Positions 1 to 10,784 of a stretch of DNA of 42,668 bases are shown piece after piece. This DNA comes from an uncultured Eubacteriales bacterium (GTDB lineage: Bacteria > Bacillota > Clostridia > Christensenellales > Aristaeellaceae): positions 1 through 42,668 of the forward strand of contig CADAGW010000001.1 of the NCBI GenBank assembly GCA_902787475.1, given 5' to 3'. The notes under the pieces were generated by a model that ran no database searches, was not told the origin of the DNA, and saw only the letters and a list, made by a program, of their open reading frames with translations. The position numbers were made by a program, and so were the translations under genes. Each line of letters starts with the position of its first letter. Position 1 is the stretch's first letter.

Positions 1-558
1 AAGCCCACCGCCAGGAAGGAGGCAGGCCGCCAAAATGGGCCGCAGGACCACCAGCGCGCCAAAGGATCCCGGGAATGGACCCAATGGGAGGACGAGCGGC
101 TCAGGGAGCTGTATGAGGCGGACGAAAGCGAGGAGGAGATGGCCCGCCTGCTGGGGCGAAGGGTCAAGGCCATACGGAGCCGGCTGACCGCGCTGGGCCT
201 GAAGCCCGATCTGAGCCGCAGGGACATGCGCTGGATTCCGGAGGAGGACGACGAGCTTCTGCGCCTGTTTGAAAAGAAGGTGTCATTAAGCCACATCGCA
301 AGGATACTCAAGCGGCCCGTGTCCGCTGTCAAAAAGAGGATGGAGCGGCTGGAGCTGATCTACAACGGGGACGATTATCCCGAGGAGCCGGACGAGGGCA
401 CCCGGCACGATCAGTACGACCTGAAACAGAAGTTTCTGGCGGGGATGAGTGTGGCGGAGATCGCCCATTTGTATCAGATGCCCGAAAGGGCGGTGCGAGC
501 CAGGCTGTTTTACGCAGGGCTGAGCCATGACGCGCCGGTGGCGTGGAGAAAGAAGTGA
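1..558 (+). CDS. Myb/SANT-like helix-turn-helix repeat protein, 5' partial (frame open from base 1)
   Basis: Frame 1 is open from the window edge. The track ORF starts at 139, but upstream in frame reads REWTQWEDERLRELY...MARLLGRRVKAIRSRL. There are three tandem copies of a W-x2-(E/W)ED-x2-L ... (I/M)A-x2-L-x-R-x3-A(V/I)-x2-R pattern. Confidence 0.6.
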   Translation, partial: KPTARKEAGRQNGPQDHQRAKGSREWTQWEDERLRELYEADESEEEMARLLGRRVKAIRSRLTALGLKPDLSRRDMRWIPEEDDELLRLFEKKVSLSHIARILKRPVSAVKKRMERLELIYNGDDYPEEPDEGTRHDQYDLKQKFLAGMSVAEIAHLYQMPERAVRARLFYAGLSHDAPVAWRKK

Positions 559-577
559 CTATCGGATATATGAAAAG

Positions 578-595
578 CCCCGCCCGAAGGCGGGG
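578..595. terminator. GC hairpin between convergent genes (ccccgcc-cgaa-ggcgggg)
   Basis: Perfect 7-bp stem. On the minus strand it is followed by CTTTTC. There is no U-run on the plus strand. Confidence 0.4.
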
Positions 596-617
596 ATGAG
601 ATCGACATAGGGCGTAT

Positions 618-1166
618 CTACGCCATTATCACACCATAGACCAGTATGCCCACTCCGGCGGCCATGAGCATGACCAGGCCGGGGTGGAGTTTTTTTGCCT
701 TGCGAAGGAGAATGAAGGCCGCCACGGCGATGGCGATGCCGGGCCAGTCCACGCCGGAAGCAGGAAAGAGGTTGGCCCGGGCGATGGCGAAGGCGGCGGA
801 GAGGATCAGGCCCAACACTACGGGGCGCAGGCCGAAGAGGGCATGCTTTACGTACTGGTTGTCGCCGAAGCTCAAAAAGAACCGGGCGATGAGGGATATG
901 ATGATGAAGGAAGGCATGACCACGCCCAGAGTGGATGCCGCCGCGCCGGCCACGCCCGCGGTCTTAAAGCCCAGGAAGGTGGCGATGTTGATGGCGAAGG
1001 GGCCGGGGGTGGACTCGCTGACGGCGATGAAGTCCGTGACCGCCTCCAGGGACGCCCAGCCCTTGGCGGTGACCTGGGTGGTGATCATGGGGATCATGGC
1101 GTAGCCGCCGCCGATGGTGAACAGGCCGATCTGAAAGAAGGTGAAAAACAGCTCCCAGAGGATCAT
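618..1166 (-). CDS. Chromate transporter family protein (short-chain CHR, second half of pair)
   Basis: Starts MILWELFFTFFQIGLFTIGGGYAMIPMI...TPGPFAINIATFLG, a ChrA-type motif. The ATG at 1166 overlaps the stop of the upstream gene (ATGA). The track ORF 618..1601 is an artefactual upstream extension. Confidence 0.85.
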   Translation of the reverse strand: MILWELFFTFFQIGLFTIGGGYAMIPMITTQVTAKGWASLEAVTDFIAVSESTPGPFAINIATFLGFKTAGVAGAAASTLGVVMPSFIIISLIARFFLSFGDNQYVKHALFGLRPVVLGLILSAAFAIARANLFPASGVDWPGIAIAVAAFILLRKAKKLHPGLVMLMAAGVGILVYGVIMA

Positions 1167-1714
1167 TTTTCCGCCCCCTTCCGGGCCATGAACAGCTGAT
1201 AGGCGATGCCCAACGCCGCCCCGGCGATGAGCAAAAGGATCACCGACACACCGGTAAAGCTGGCCAGCAGGAACGCCGCCCCGAACAGGGCGAAGGTGAA
1301 GGCGATCTTGGGCACGTGGCGGGACAGCTTCACCACGGCGTTGACCATGAGGGCCGTGACCGCCGCCCGGATGCCCCGAAAGGCGCAGTCCACCCAGCGG
1401 TTGTCCCTGAACTGGGTGTAGAACAGGCTGACGATGATAATGATGAGGAAGGAGGGCATGACCACCCCCAACGTGGCCGCCGCCGCGCCGGAAAGGCCCG
1501 CCACCTTCTGGCCCACGAAGGTGGCCGTGTTTACGGCCAGGGGGCCGGGGGTGGCCTCGGCGATGGCGACGATGTCCAGCATCTCCTCGGAGGTGATCCA
1601 CTTTTTCTTTTCCACGGCCTCCGCCTCGATCAGCGGGATCATGGCGTAGCCGCCGCCGAAGGTGCAGATGCCGATCTTAAAGAAGGAAGCAAAGAGGGTC
1701 AGAAGCGGTTTCAT
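1163..1714 (-). CDS. Chromate transporter family protein (short-chain CHR, first half of pair)
   Basis: Starts MKPLLTLFASFFKIGICTFGGGYAMIPLI...ATPGPLAVNTATFVG. The start at 1714 was chosen inside the longer track ORF. It is a paralog of the downstream gene. Confidence 0.85.
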   Translation of the reverse strand: MKPLLTLFASFFKIGICTFGGGYAMIPLIEAEAVEKKKWITSEEMLDIVAIAEATPGPLAVNTATFVGQKVAGLSGAAAATLGVVMPSFLIIIIVSLFYTQFRDNRWVDCAFRGIRAAVTALMVNAVVKLSRHVPKIAFTFALFGAAFLLASFTGVSVILLLIAGAALGIAYQLFMARKGAEK

Positions 1715-1743
1715 AGATCTCCCTTCCCGGGCAGGGCCCGGCG

Positions 1744-3126
1744 TCATTTGGTGCGGTCTATGTAGCGGGCCACCAGGCAGGGGTAGAATTTGTCGTTCCA
1801 GCGGTACTGTCCGTCCACGTCGGCGTAGGCGTCGTAGCTGACCCCGGCGTCGAAGGTGGTGGCGGCGGATTCGTTTTTGAGCACCACGTACTTGGGATCC
1901 TCCGGGGAGCCCACGTTCCATACGATGACGAAGGGATTATAGGACAACGTCTCCACGAAGTAGCCCCGGCACAGGAACACCCGGCCCTTCCAGGTATCGG
2001 TGAGCTTGGACAGCTGGGCGTAGTCCATGCGCCAGGCGTTGCGGGAGTATTCCGCCAGGGAAGGCAGGTAATACGTGGTGAAGGCGATGGTGGTGTCCTT
2101 AAGGCCAGGCTTGGTGGCCCGGAACACCACGGTGTTGTCGCCGATGGTGACGAACTTGGCCTTGAAGGAGAAATTGCCCTCCTGGTCCATGGTGAGGCTG
2201 TCCTCTTCATAGGGCGTGTCCACCACCAGAGTGGCGGTGGGATCGGTGACGCCCTCCACGGTGACGGTGTTTCGGGTGGAGCGCTCCACGAAGGTGGACT
2301 TGATCTCCATGGGGATCTCGAAGGCCTCCCGGTATATGATCACGTCCCGGCGGGTCTGCTTGTGATGCTCCGTCTCCACCAGTATGGATATGACGTTTTC
2401 CCCCTGGGGATAGACCGCCACGTTGACCTCCAGGTTGCCGTAGTAGTCCACCACGTCGGACACGTCCAGTCCGTCCACCAGCACCCGGGAGCCGGGCGTG
2501 ACCTGGGCGGAGATGACGTAGTTGGAGGCGTAGATCTCCTCAAAGCCGCCCTCGGGGGAGATGATCTTGAGGGGCGATTCCGGCGCGTCCACGGTAAATT
2601 CGATGGGCGGCAGCTGGGTGCGCTTGCCGGAGGGAGCGATGCTGACGGGAGTGATGACCACCTCGGCGCTCTCGGCGTCGTCCGGGGCCAGGGAGAACCA
2701 GGTGCCGTCCGGGATCTCCACCCGGGCCACGCCCGCCACGATCATATAGGACTGGCGAAGCTCGGAGATGTAGATAAGGTCCCCGTCCTCGCCGTAGAAG
2801 GTGATGGCCCTCCCGGGCCGGCCGTCGGAGAGGGTGATCTCGTCCAGCATGGGCTCGGTCATGTGATGGTTTTTATAGTAGCTGGTGAGGCGCACGGACT
2901 TGACCCAGTAATAGCCCTTGTATATGCCCAGGGACAGTATGACGATGGACAATATCACCGCCCCGGCCCAGAAGGCAAGGCGCAGGGGCAGGGGGGCGGT
3001 AAATATGGGCCGGTGCTTTTTCCGGGGGGCCTTGCGGCGGGCGGGCTCGCTCTCCAGCCGGTAGCCGCACTCCCGGCACAGGGTCTCCCCCGCCGGAATG
3101 TTCTTTCCACACTTGGGACACACCAT
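1744..3126 (-). CDS. Zinc-ribbon, single-pass membrane protein with a large beta-rich extracytoplasmic domain
   Basis: N-terminal CPKCG...CRECG zinc ribbon, a basic stretch, one TM helix (LAFWAGAVILSIVILSLGIY), then about 370 aa of beta-rich sequence. GGAGGGA RBS. The start lies 3 nt after the recF stop. Confidence 0.7.
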   Translation of the reverse strand: MVCPKCGKNIPAGETLCRECGYRLESEPARRKAPRKKHRPIFTAPLPLRLAFWAGAVILSIVILSLGIYKGYYWVKSVRLTSYYKNHHMTEPMLDEITLSDGRPGRAITFYGEDGDLIYISELRQSYMIVAGVARVEIPDGTWFSLAPDDAESAEVVITPVSIAPSGKRTQLPPIEFTVDAPESPLKIISPEGGFEEIYASNYVISAQVTPGSRVLVDGLDVSDVVDYYGNLEVNVAVYPQGENVISILVETEHHKQTRRDVIIYREAFEIPMEIKSTFVERSTRNTVTVEGVTDPTATLVVDTPYEEDSLTMDQEGNFSFKAKFVTIGDNTVVFRATKPGLKDTTIAFTTYYLPSLAEYSRNAWRMDYAQLSKLTDTWKGRVFLCRGYFVETLSYNPFVIVWNVGSPEDPKYVVLKNESAATTFDAGVSYDAYADVDGQYRWNDKFYPCLVARYIDRTK

Positions 3127-3129
3127 GCC

Positions 3130-4218
3130 CTATCCCTCCCTCCGGGTGAGAATGCCCTTTTCTACGGTATAGATCTCGCCGATGTCCGCCCCGGCCAGAT
3201 CGCTTATATCGGTGCAGGACACCATGGTCTGGACCCCCTTGAGCCGGGATATGAGGGCCCGGCGGCGGGACGGGTCCAGCTCGCTCATCACGTCGTCCAG
3301 AAGCAGCGCCGGCCACTCCCCCAGCTCGTCCCGCATGACCCGCATTTCGGACAGCTTCATGGAGAGGGCCACCGTCCTCTGTTGTCCCTGGGAGCCGAAG
3401 GAACGGGCGTCCCGGCCGTTGACCAGAAAGACCAGATCGTCCCTGTGGGGGCCCACGCCCGTGGCGGCCCTGCGAAGATCCACGTCCATGTGGTCATGAA
3501 GGGCGCGGATATAGGCCTCTTCATCCTCGGGGGCGCCGGCCTGGTAGAGAAGCTCCAGCGTCTCCGCGCCGCCGGTCAGCTCCCGGTGGTTTTCCTCCGC
3601 CACCCGGGCCAGGCGGGCGAGAAACGCGCCGCGGGTTCGGATGATGGCCCCGCCGCTCTTGGCCAATTGGCTGTCCCAGGCGGACAGGGACGCGGAAGTG
3701 GCCCTGCCCTCGGAAATGTCCCGAAGCAGGGCGTTTCGCTGGGTCACGGCCCGGTTGTAGCGCTGCAGCTCATAGTAGTAGGCCGGGCGCATCTGGGAGA
3801 GCTCCATGTCGATGAAGCGGCGGCGCTCCGCGGGGCCGTCCTTGACCATGCGCAGATCCTCCGGGGAAAAGAGCACGGCGCTGATGTGGCCCATCAGCTC
3901 GCCCGAGCGGGCCGCCCGCTTGCCGCAGACAACAATGCCCTTGCGGAGGCCGGGGCGGAGGGTCAATTCCACCTCGTGGGAGCCGTCCGTCCGATCCGCC
4001 GCCACGTATACCCGGGCGGCGTCCTCTCCCCAGCGGATCAGCTCCTGATCCCGGCTGGTGCGGTGTGAGCGGCCGGTGGCGCAGAGCACCACTGCCTCCA
4101 GCAGGTTCGTCTTGCCCTGGGCGTTGCCGCCCACCAGGGCCGTGACGCCCGGGCAGGGAGACAGGTCCGCCTGCTCGTAGCAGCGGTAGTTGTGAAGCTG
4201 TATGGTCTTGATCTGCAT
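3130..4218 (-). CDS. recF: DNA replication and repair protein RecF
   Basis: MQIKTIQLHNYRCY..., Walker A GGNAQGKTNLLEA, SMC-like signature FGSQGQQRT, Walker B LLLDDVMSELD. Confidence 0.9.
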   Translation of the reverse strand: MQIKTIQLHNYRCYEQADLSPCPGVTALVGGNAQGKTNLLEAVVLCATGRSHRTSRDQELIRWGEDAARVYVAADRTDGSHEVELTLRPGLRKGIVVCGKRAARSGELMGHISAVLFSPEDLRMVKDGPAERRRFIDMELSQMRPAYYYELQRYNRAVTQRNALLRDISEGRATSASLSAWDSQLAKSGGAIIRTRGAFLARLARVAEENHRELTGGAETLELLYQAGAPEDEEAYIRALHDHMDVDLRRAATGVGPHRDDLVFLVNGRDARSFGSQGQQRTVALSMKLSEMRVMRDELGEWPALLLDDVMSELDPSRRRALISRLKGVQTMVSCTDISDLAGADIGEIYTVEKGILTRREG

Positions 4219-4219
4219 G

Positions 4220-6043
<1,824 letters not shown>

Positions 6044-6075
6044 TGGATTTCCTCTTCTCTATCTGTGTCGGGTTT

Positions 6076-6095
6076 GGGGAGCGAGTCCGCTCCCC
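6076..6095. other. Intergenic hairpin between prfC and typA (ggggagcg-agtc-cgctcccc)
   Basis: Perfect 8-bp stem. No clear U-run on the minus strand, so it may be an attenuator or processing site rather than a terminator. Confidence 0.3.
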
Positions 6096-6101
6096 GCCTG
6101 T

Positions 6102-7662
6102 TTACTCCATCTCGTCGGCGCTCATGCGGTCCGCGGTCTCCGCCAGCACCAGTCCTTCGTTGTTCTCCCCCGCCAGGCGGATGCTCCACTCGTTTTCAAA
6201 CATGAGCACGGGCCGGCCCGCCCGGTCCTCGGCCAGGGCGGTGGTGCTGGTGAGGCGCAGCTTGTCCAGGGGCTTGGGGGTCTCCACCACCCAGCGGACG
6301 AACCGGAAGTCCAGGGGCTCCCGGCGAAGCTCCACGCCGTACTCGCTCCTCAGGCGATACTCGAGCACGTCCATCTGCAATATGCCCACCACGCCCGCGA
6401 TCATCTCCTCCCGGCCGATGCCGGTGCGCCGGAAGGTCTGCACGGCGCCCTCCTGGGACAGCTGGCTGACGCCCTTCAGGAACTGCTTTCTCTTCATGCT
6501 GTCCATGGGGCTGACCCGGCAGAAAAACTCCGGGGCGAAGAGGGGGATGCCGGAATAGCGGACCGGCTGGCCGGTGCACAGGGTGTCTCCCAGCCGGAAT
6601 ATGCCCGGGTCGAACAGGCCGATGATGTCGCCGGCGTAGGCCTCCTCCACGCTCTCGTGCTCCTGGGCCATGAACTGCTGGGGCTGGGCCAGGCGGATGG
6701 GCTTGCCGGTGCCGGAATGCCACACCTCCATGCCCTTTTCAAACCGGCCCGAGCAGATGCGCATAAACGCCAGCCGGTCCCGGTGGGCCGGGTTCATGTT
6801 GGCCTGGATCTTGAAGATAAAGCCGGTGAACTTGTCGCTGTCCGCCGGGATCTCTCCCTGGTCGCTGACTCTGGGCGTGGGCGACTTGGTGTATTTGAGG
6901 AACCGCTCCAGGAAGGGCTCCACGCCGAAGTTGTTGAAGGCGGAGCCGAAGAACATGGGCGTAAGCTCGCCGGAGAGGATCTTGTCAAGGTCGAAGGGAT
7001 CCCCGGCCACGTCCAACAGCTCCGTGTCCTCCATCAGCTTGTCGTAGTAGCTTTTGCCCAGCGTCTCGGGGCAGGCGGGGTCGTCTATGGATATGTGGGT
7101 CACCGCCACCCGGCTCTGGCCGTGGTTGCCGCCGGCGTACAATTCGATCATGCGGGTGTCCCGGTGGAACACGCCCTTGAAGTCGCCGTGGGTGCCGATG
7201 GGCCAGTTGACGGGGCAGGAGCGGATGCCCAGCACGTTTTCAAGCTCCTCCATCAGCTCGAAGGGGTCCCGCCCGGCCCGGTCCAGCTTGTTGACGAAGG
7301 TGAATATGGGTATGGAGCGGAGGCGGCAGACCTTAAACAGCTTCACCGTCTGCTCCTCCACGCCCTTGGCGCAGTCGATGAGCATGACGGCGCTGTCCGC
7401 GGCCACCAGGGTGCGGTAGGTATCCTCGGAAAAGTCCTGATGGCCCGGGGTGTCCAGTATGTTGATGCGGTAGCCGTCGTAGTCGAACTGCATGGCGCTG
7501 GAGGTGACGGAGATGCCGCGCTGCTTCTCAATCTCCATCCAGTCCGAGGTGGCGTGCCGGGCGGCCTTGCGGGCCTTGACAGACCCGGCCTGGCGGATGG
7601 CGCCGCCGTAGAGCAGCAGCTCTGGCCACCTCCCGGCGAATATCGTCCTGTGTCACGGGCAT
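6102..7662 (-). pseudogene. prfC: Peptide chain release factor 3 (prfC), disrupted: G1/P-loop segment missing plus frameshift
   Basis: The body (6102..7538) reads MEIEKQRGISVTSSAMQF...DTPGH...NKLD and is RF3-like. Upstream, the ATG at 7662 with an AGGGGG RBS gives MPVTQDDIRREVAR. The sequence then jumps by one frame to ELLLYGGAIRQAGSVKARKAARHATSDWMEIEK. No frame encodes [20 protein letters not shown]. Confidence 0.8.
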
Positions 7663-7770
7663 AGTATCCCCCTGTTTCATAATTGGAATGGGTCTGGCCG
7701 TTGGGGAAAACCCCCGCGATGTATATCAATTCGGCATAATATCCCCCGTCTTTTCGCATCGTATCATGTT

Positions 7771-7800
7771 ATTTTACCCTTCTTTATATGCCTCTGTCAA
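7771..7800 (-). promoter_or_regulatory. Candidate sigmaA promoter for prfC (TTGACA-18-TAAAAT)
   Basis: On the minus strand, TTGACA is at 7800..7795 and TAAAAT at 7776..7771, within an AT-rich intergenic region. Confidence 0.45.
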
Positions 7801-7854
7801 TCGCCTGCGTTTTTGAAAGGAAATTTTTCAGTAAATTGTTCTTTCATTTCCCGC

Positions 7855-7883
7855 TTGACAAGGCCGCGGGGAGGCGGTATACT
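7855..7883 (+). promoter_or_regulatory. Near-consensus sigmaA promoter TTGACA-17-TATACT facing into the 3' end of tadA
   Basis: TTGACA at 7855..7860, a 17-nt spacer, TATACT at 7878..7883. The next plus-strand gene starts at 8405. Confidence 0.5.
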
Positions 7884-7901
7884 TCCATCGGGTCCGCAAT
7901 G

Positions 7902-8372
7902 TCATTCTTCCCTTTCCTGCCTGGCCGCGCCGAACGCGCCGTCCCACAGGCGGCGGCATTCATCCTCCAGGCACCCGCCGTCGCAGGGGGTGTACCAGGG
8001 GAAGGCCGGATCCTCAGGGATGCGGTACACACTGCCGCAGCAGCCGGATACGGGGTCGTAGGCCCCGAACACCACCCGCTTGACCCGGGCCTGGGCGATG
8101 GCCCCGGCGCACATGGGGCAGGGCTCCAGCGTCGCGTACAGGGTGCATCCTGTGAGCCGCCAGGTGCCAAGCTTTTTGGCCGCCAGGCGCAGGGCGGTGA
8201 TCTCCGCGTGGCCGGCGATGTCGTAATCTTCCTCCCGGGTGTTGGAGGCGGAGGAGATCACCTCATCTCCCCTGGCCACCACCGCGCCCACGGGCATCTC
8301 CCCCCGCCGGGCGGCGGACGCGGCCTCGTCTATGGCCAGGCGCATCATATCCAGATCGGTATTATTGAACAT
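7902..8372 (-). CDS. tadA: tRNA-specific adenosine deaminase TadA
   Basis: Deaminase zinc motifs GHAEITALR and EPCPMCAGA. ATG at 8372 with a GAGGTG RBS; the track start at 8378 is a GTG. Confidence 0.9.
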   Translation of the reverse strand: MFNNTDLDMMRLAIDEAASAARRGEMPVGAVVARGDEVISSASNTREEDYDIAGHAEITALRLAAKKLGTWRLTGCTLYATLEPCPMCAGAIAQARVKRVVFGAYDPVSGCCGSVYRIPEDPAFPWYTPCDGGCLEDECRRLWDGAFGAARQEREE

Positions 8373-8404
8373 AGGCACACCTCACACATGAAAGGAGATC
8401 GTAT

Positions 8405-9496
8405 ATGGACAAGCTCAGGATCGGCATCATCGGCACCGGCGGCATCGCCCACGCCCACATGCGCTCGTACCTCAGGATGGACGACGTGGAGATCGTGGGG
8501 GCCAGCGACATCGTGCCCGGCAAGGCCAGGGCGTTTCTGGACGAATTCGGACTGACGCAGGTGCCCGCCTTCGAGGACAATGAGAAGCTGTTGGACCTGA
8601 AGCCCGACGGGGTCAGCGTGTGCACCTACAACACCACCCACTCCCTGTGCGCGGTGGCGGCCCTCAAAAGGGGCATAAACGTGCTGTGCGAAAAGCCCAT
8701 GTCCGTGACGCTGGATCAGGCCGCCGACATGGCCCGTGCCCAGAAGGACAGCGGCAGGATACTGACCATAGGCTTCCAGCCCCGGTACGACGAGAACATG
8801 AAGATGGTCAAGGAGATCGTCCGCTCCGGCGAATTGGGCCACATCTACTACGTACAGACCGGCGGCGGCCGGCGCAGGGGCATACCCAGCGGCTCCTTCG
8901 TGGACAAAAAGCTGGCGGGCGTGGGGTGCCTGGCCGACATCGGCTGCTACGGGCTTGACATGGCCATGAACTCCGTGGGCTACCGCAGGCCCGTGACCGT
9001 GTCCGCCTACGCTTCGGACTACTTCGGCAAGAACCCCAAGTATTTCAAGGGCGACTTCTCCGTGGACGACTTCACCTGCGCCCTGGTGCGCTTTGCCGAC
9101 GGGCTGGTGCTGGACTTCCGCATGAGCTGGGCCATGCACATGGACACCATGGGCGACACCCTGTTCCTGGGCACGGAGGGGGGCCTGAAGGTCAAGTCTC
9201 CCCACCCGGAGCTCAACTGGGGCGGGGCCTGGGACGGCTCCATAGGCGACGTGTACCTCTATAAGGACGTGTGCGGCAACCAGACAGAGACGAAGATCCC
9301 CATCAAGACCACGGTCAAGAGCGACAATTTCTACCTCAAGTGCCGGGCCTTCTGCGACGCCATACGGGAAAACGGCCCTTCCCCCATCCCCTGGCAGGAG
9401 ATCATATACAACCAGGCCATCATAGACGGCATCATCCGCTCCAGCGAGCTAAAGCGCGAGGTGGACGTGGTGATCCCCGCCGATCTGGGCCTGTAG
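8405..9496 (+). CDS. Gfo/Idh/MocA family oxidoreductase
   Basis: Rossmann N-terminus IGIIGTGGIAHAH, EKP motif VLCEKPMS. AAAGGAGA RBS. Confidence 0.85.
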   Translation: MDKLRIGIIGTGGIAHAHMRSYLRMDDVEIVGASDIVPGKARAFLDEFGLTQVPAFEDNEKLLDLKPDGVSVCTYNTTHSLCAVAALKRGINVLCEKPMSVTLDQAADMARAQKDSGRILTIGFQPRYDENMKMVKEIVRSGELGHIYYVQTGGGRRRGIPSGSFVDKKLAGVGCLADIGCYGLDMAMNSVGYRRPVTVSAYASDYFGKNPKYFKGDFSVDDFTCALVRFADGLVLDFRMSWAMHMDTMGDTLFLGTEGGLKVKSPHPELNWGGAWDGSIGDVYLYKDVCGNQTETKIPIKTTVKSDNFYLKCRAFCDAIRENGPSPIPWQEIIYNQAIIDGIIRSSELKREVDVVIPADLGL

Positions 9497-9546
9497 AAGC
9501 CAGGTGATATTATACTCTCCCCCGCCGACCGGGTCAAGCGCTATGA

Positions 9547-10665
<1,119 letters not shown>

Positions 10666-10677
10666 TAGAGCCAATCA

Positions 10678-10710
10678 AAGCGGCGGCGCAATCGCGTCCG
10701 CCGCTTTTTC
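10678..10710 (+). terminator. Rho-independent terminator after gap
   Basis: Stem gcggcggcgc / gcg(t)ccgccgc followed by TTTTT at 10705..10709. Confidence 0.7.
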
Positions 10711-10784
10711 TGTCCGTCTTTTTGGCGCGGTGCGCAGGAAAAAGGCCATTGTATCACGAAGCATACTCCCGGGAGGCGAATCAT

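Noticed and set aside
578-600. The hairpin gccccgcccgaaggcggggatgag as a solo terminal module of the repeat family (compare gtccccgccgaaggcggaagaaggg in copy B).
   Set aside because: Only about 20 nt are similar, and the motif is a generic GC hairpin at a convergent gene junction. That is too short to claim homology.
618-1601. A 327-aa ORF that would fuse the downstream ChrA half to an Arg/Gly/His-rich N-terminus, and the 252-aa version of the upstream half (1163..1921).
   Set aside because: The ChrA-like sequence begins at internal Met codons (1166 and 1714). The upstream extensions are off-frame read-through of neighbouring genes.
2362-4068. Long ORFs antisense to or overlapping real genes. 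Examples: 2362..4068+, 4202..5902+, 5853..7664+, 8345..9205-, 9634..10674-, 12887..14980-, 15957..17390-, 17998..19356+, 20149..21762-, 22791..24668-, 27410..28876-, 31074..32477+, 33240..34736-, 34736..36208-, 36323..38173-, 39868..41127- and 41000..42451-.
   Set aside because: Their translations are low-complexity and rich in Gly, Ala, Arg, His, Pro and Val, with no motifs. Each shadows a gene with clear family signatures, an RBS and sensible spacing. This is the usual open-frame artefact of a high-GC genome.
7528-7680. A programmed frameshift in prfC, by analogy with prfB.
   Set aside because: The frames are not merely offset. The ~20 codons for the P-loop are absent in every frame, and there is no CUU-UGA-type shift site with an upstream SD. 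A deletion or an assembly error explains this better.
7681-7901. An SRP/4.5S RNA (scr) downstream of tadA, as in Bacillus-type tadA-scr-dnaX loci.
   Set aside because: The AT-rich spacer has no domain-IV-like GGAAG...CAGC core or extended helix on either strand. It looks like promoter DNA for prfC.
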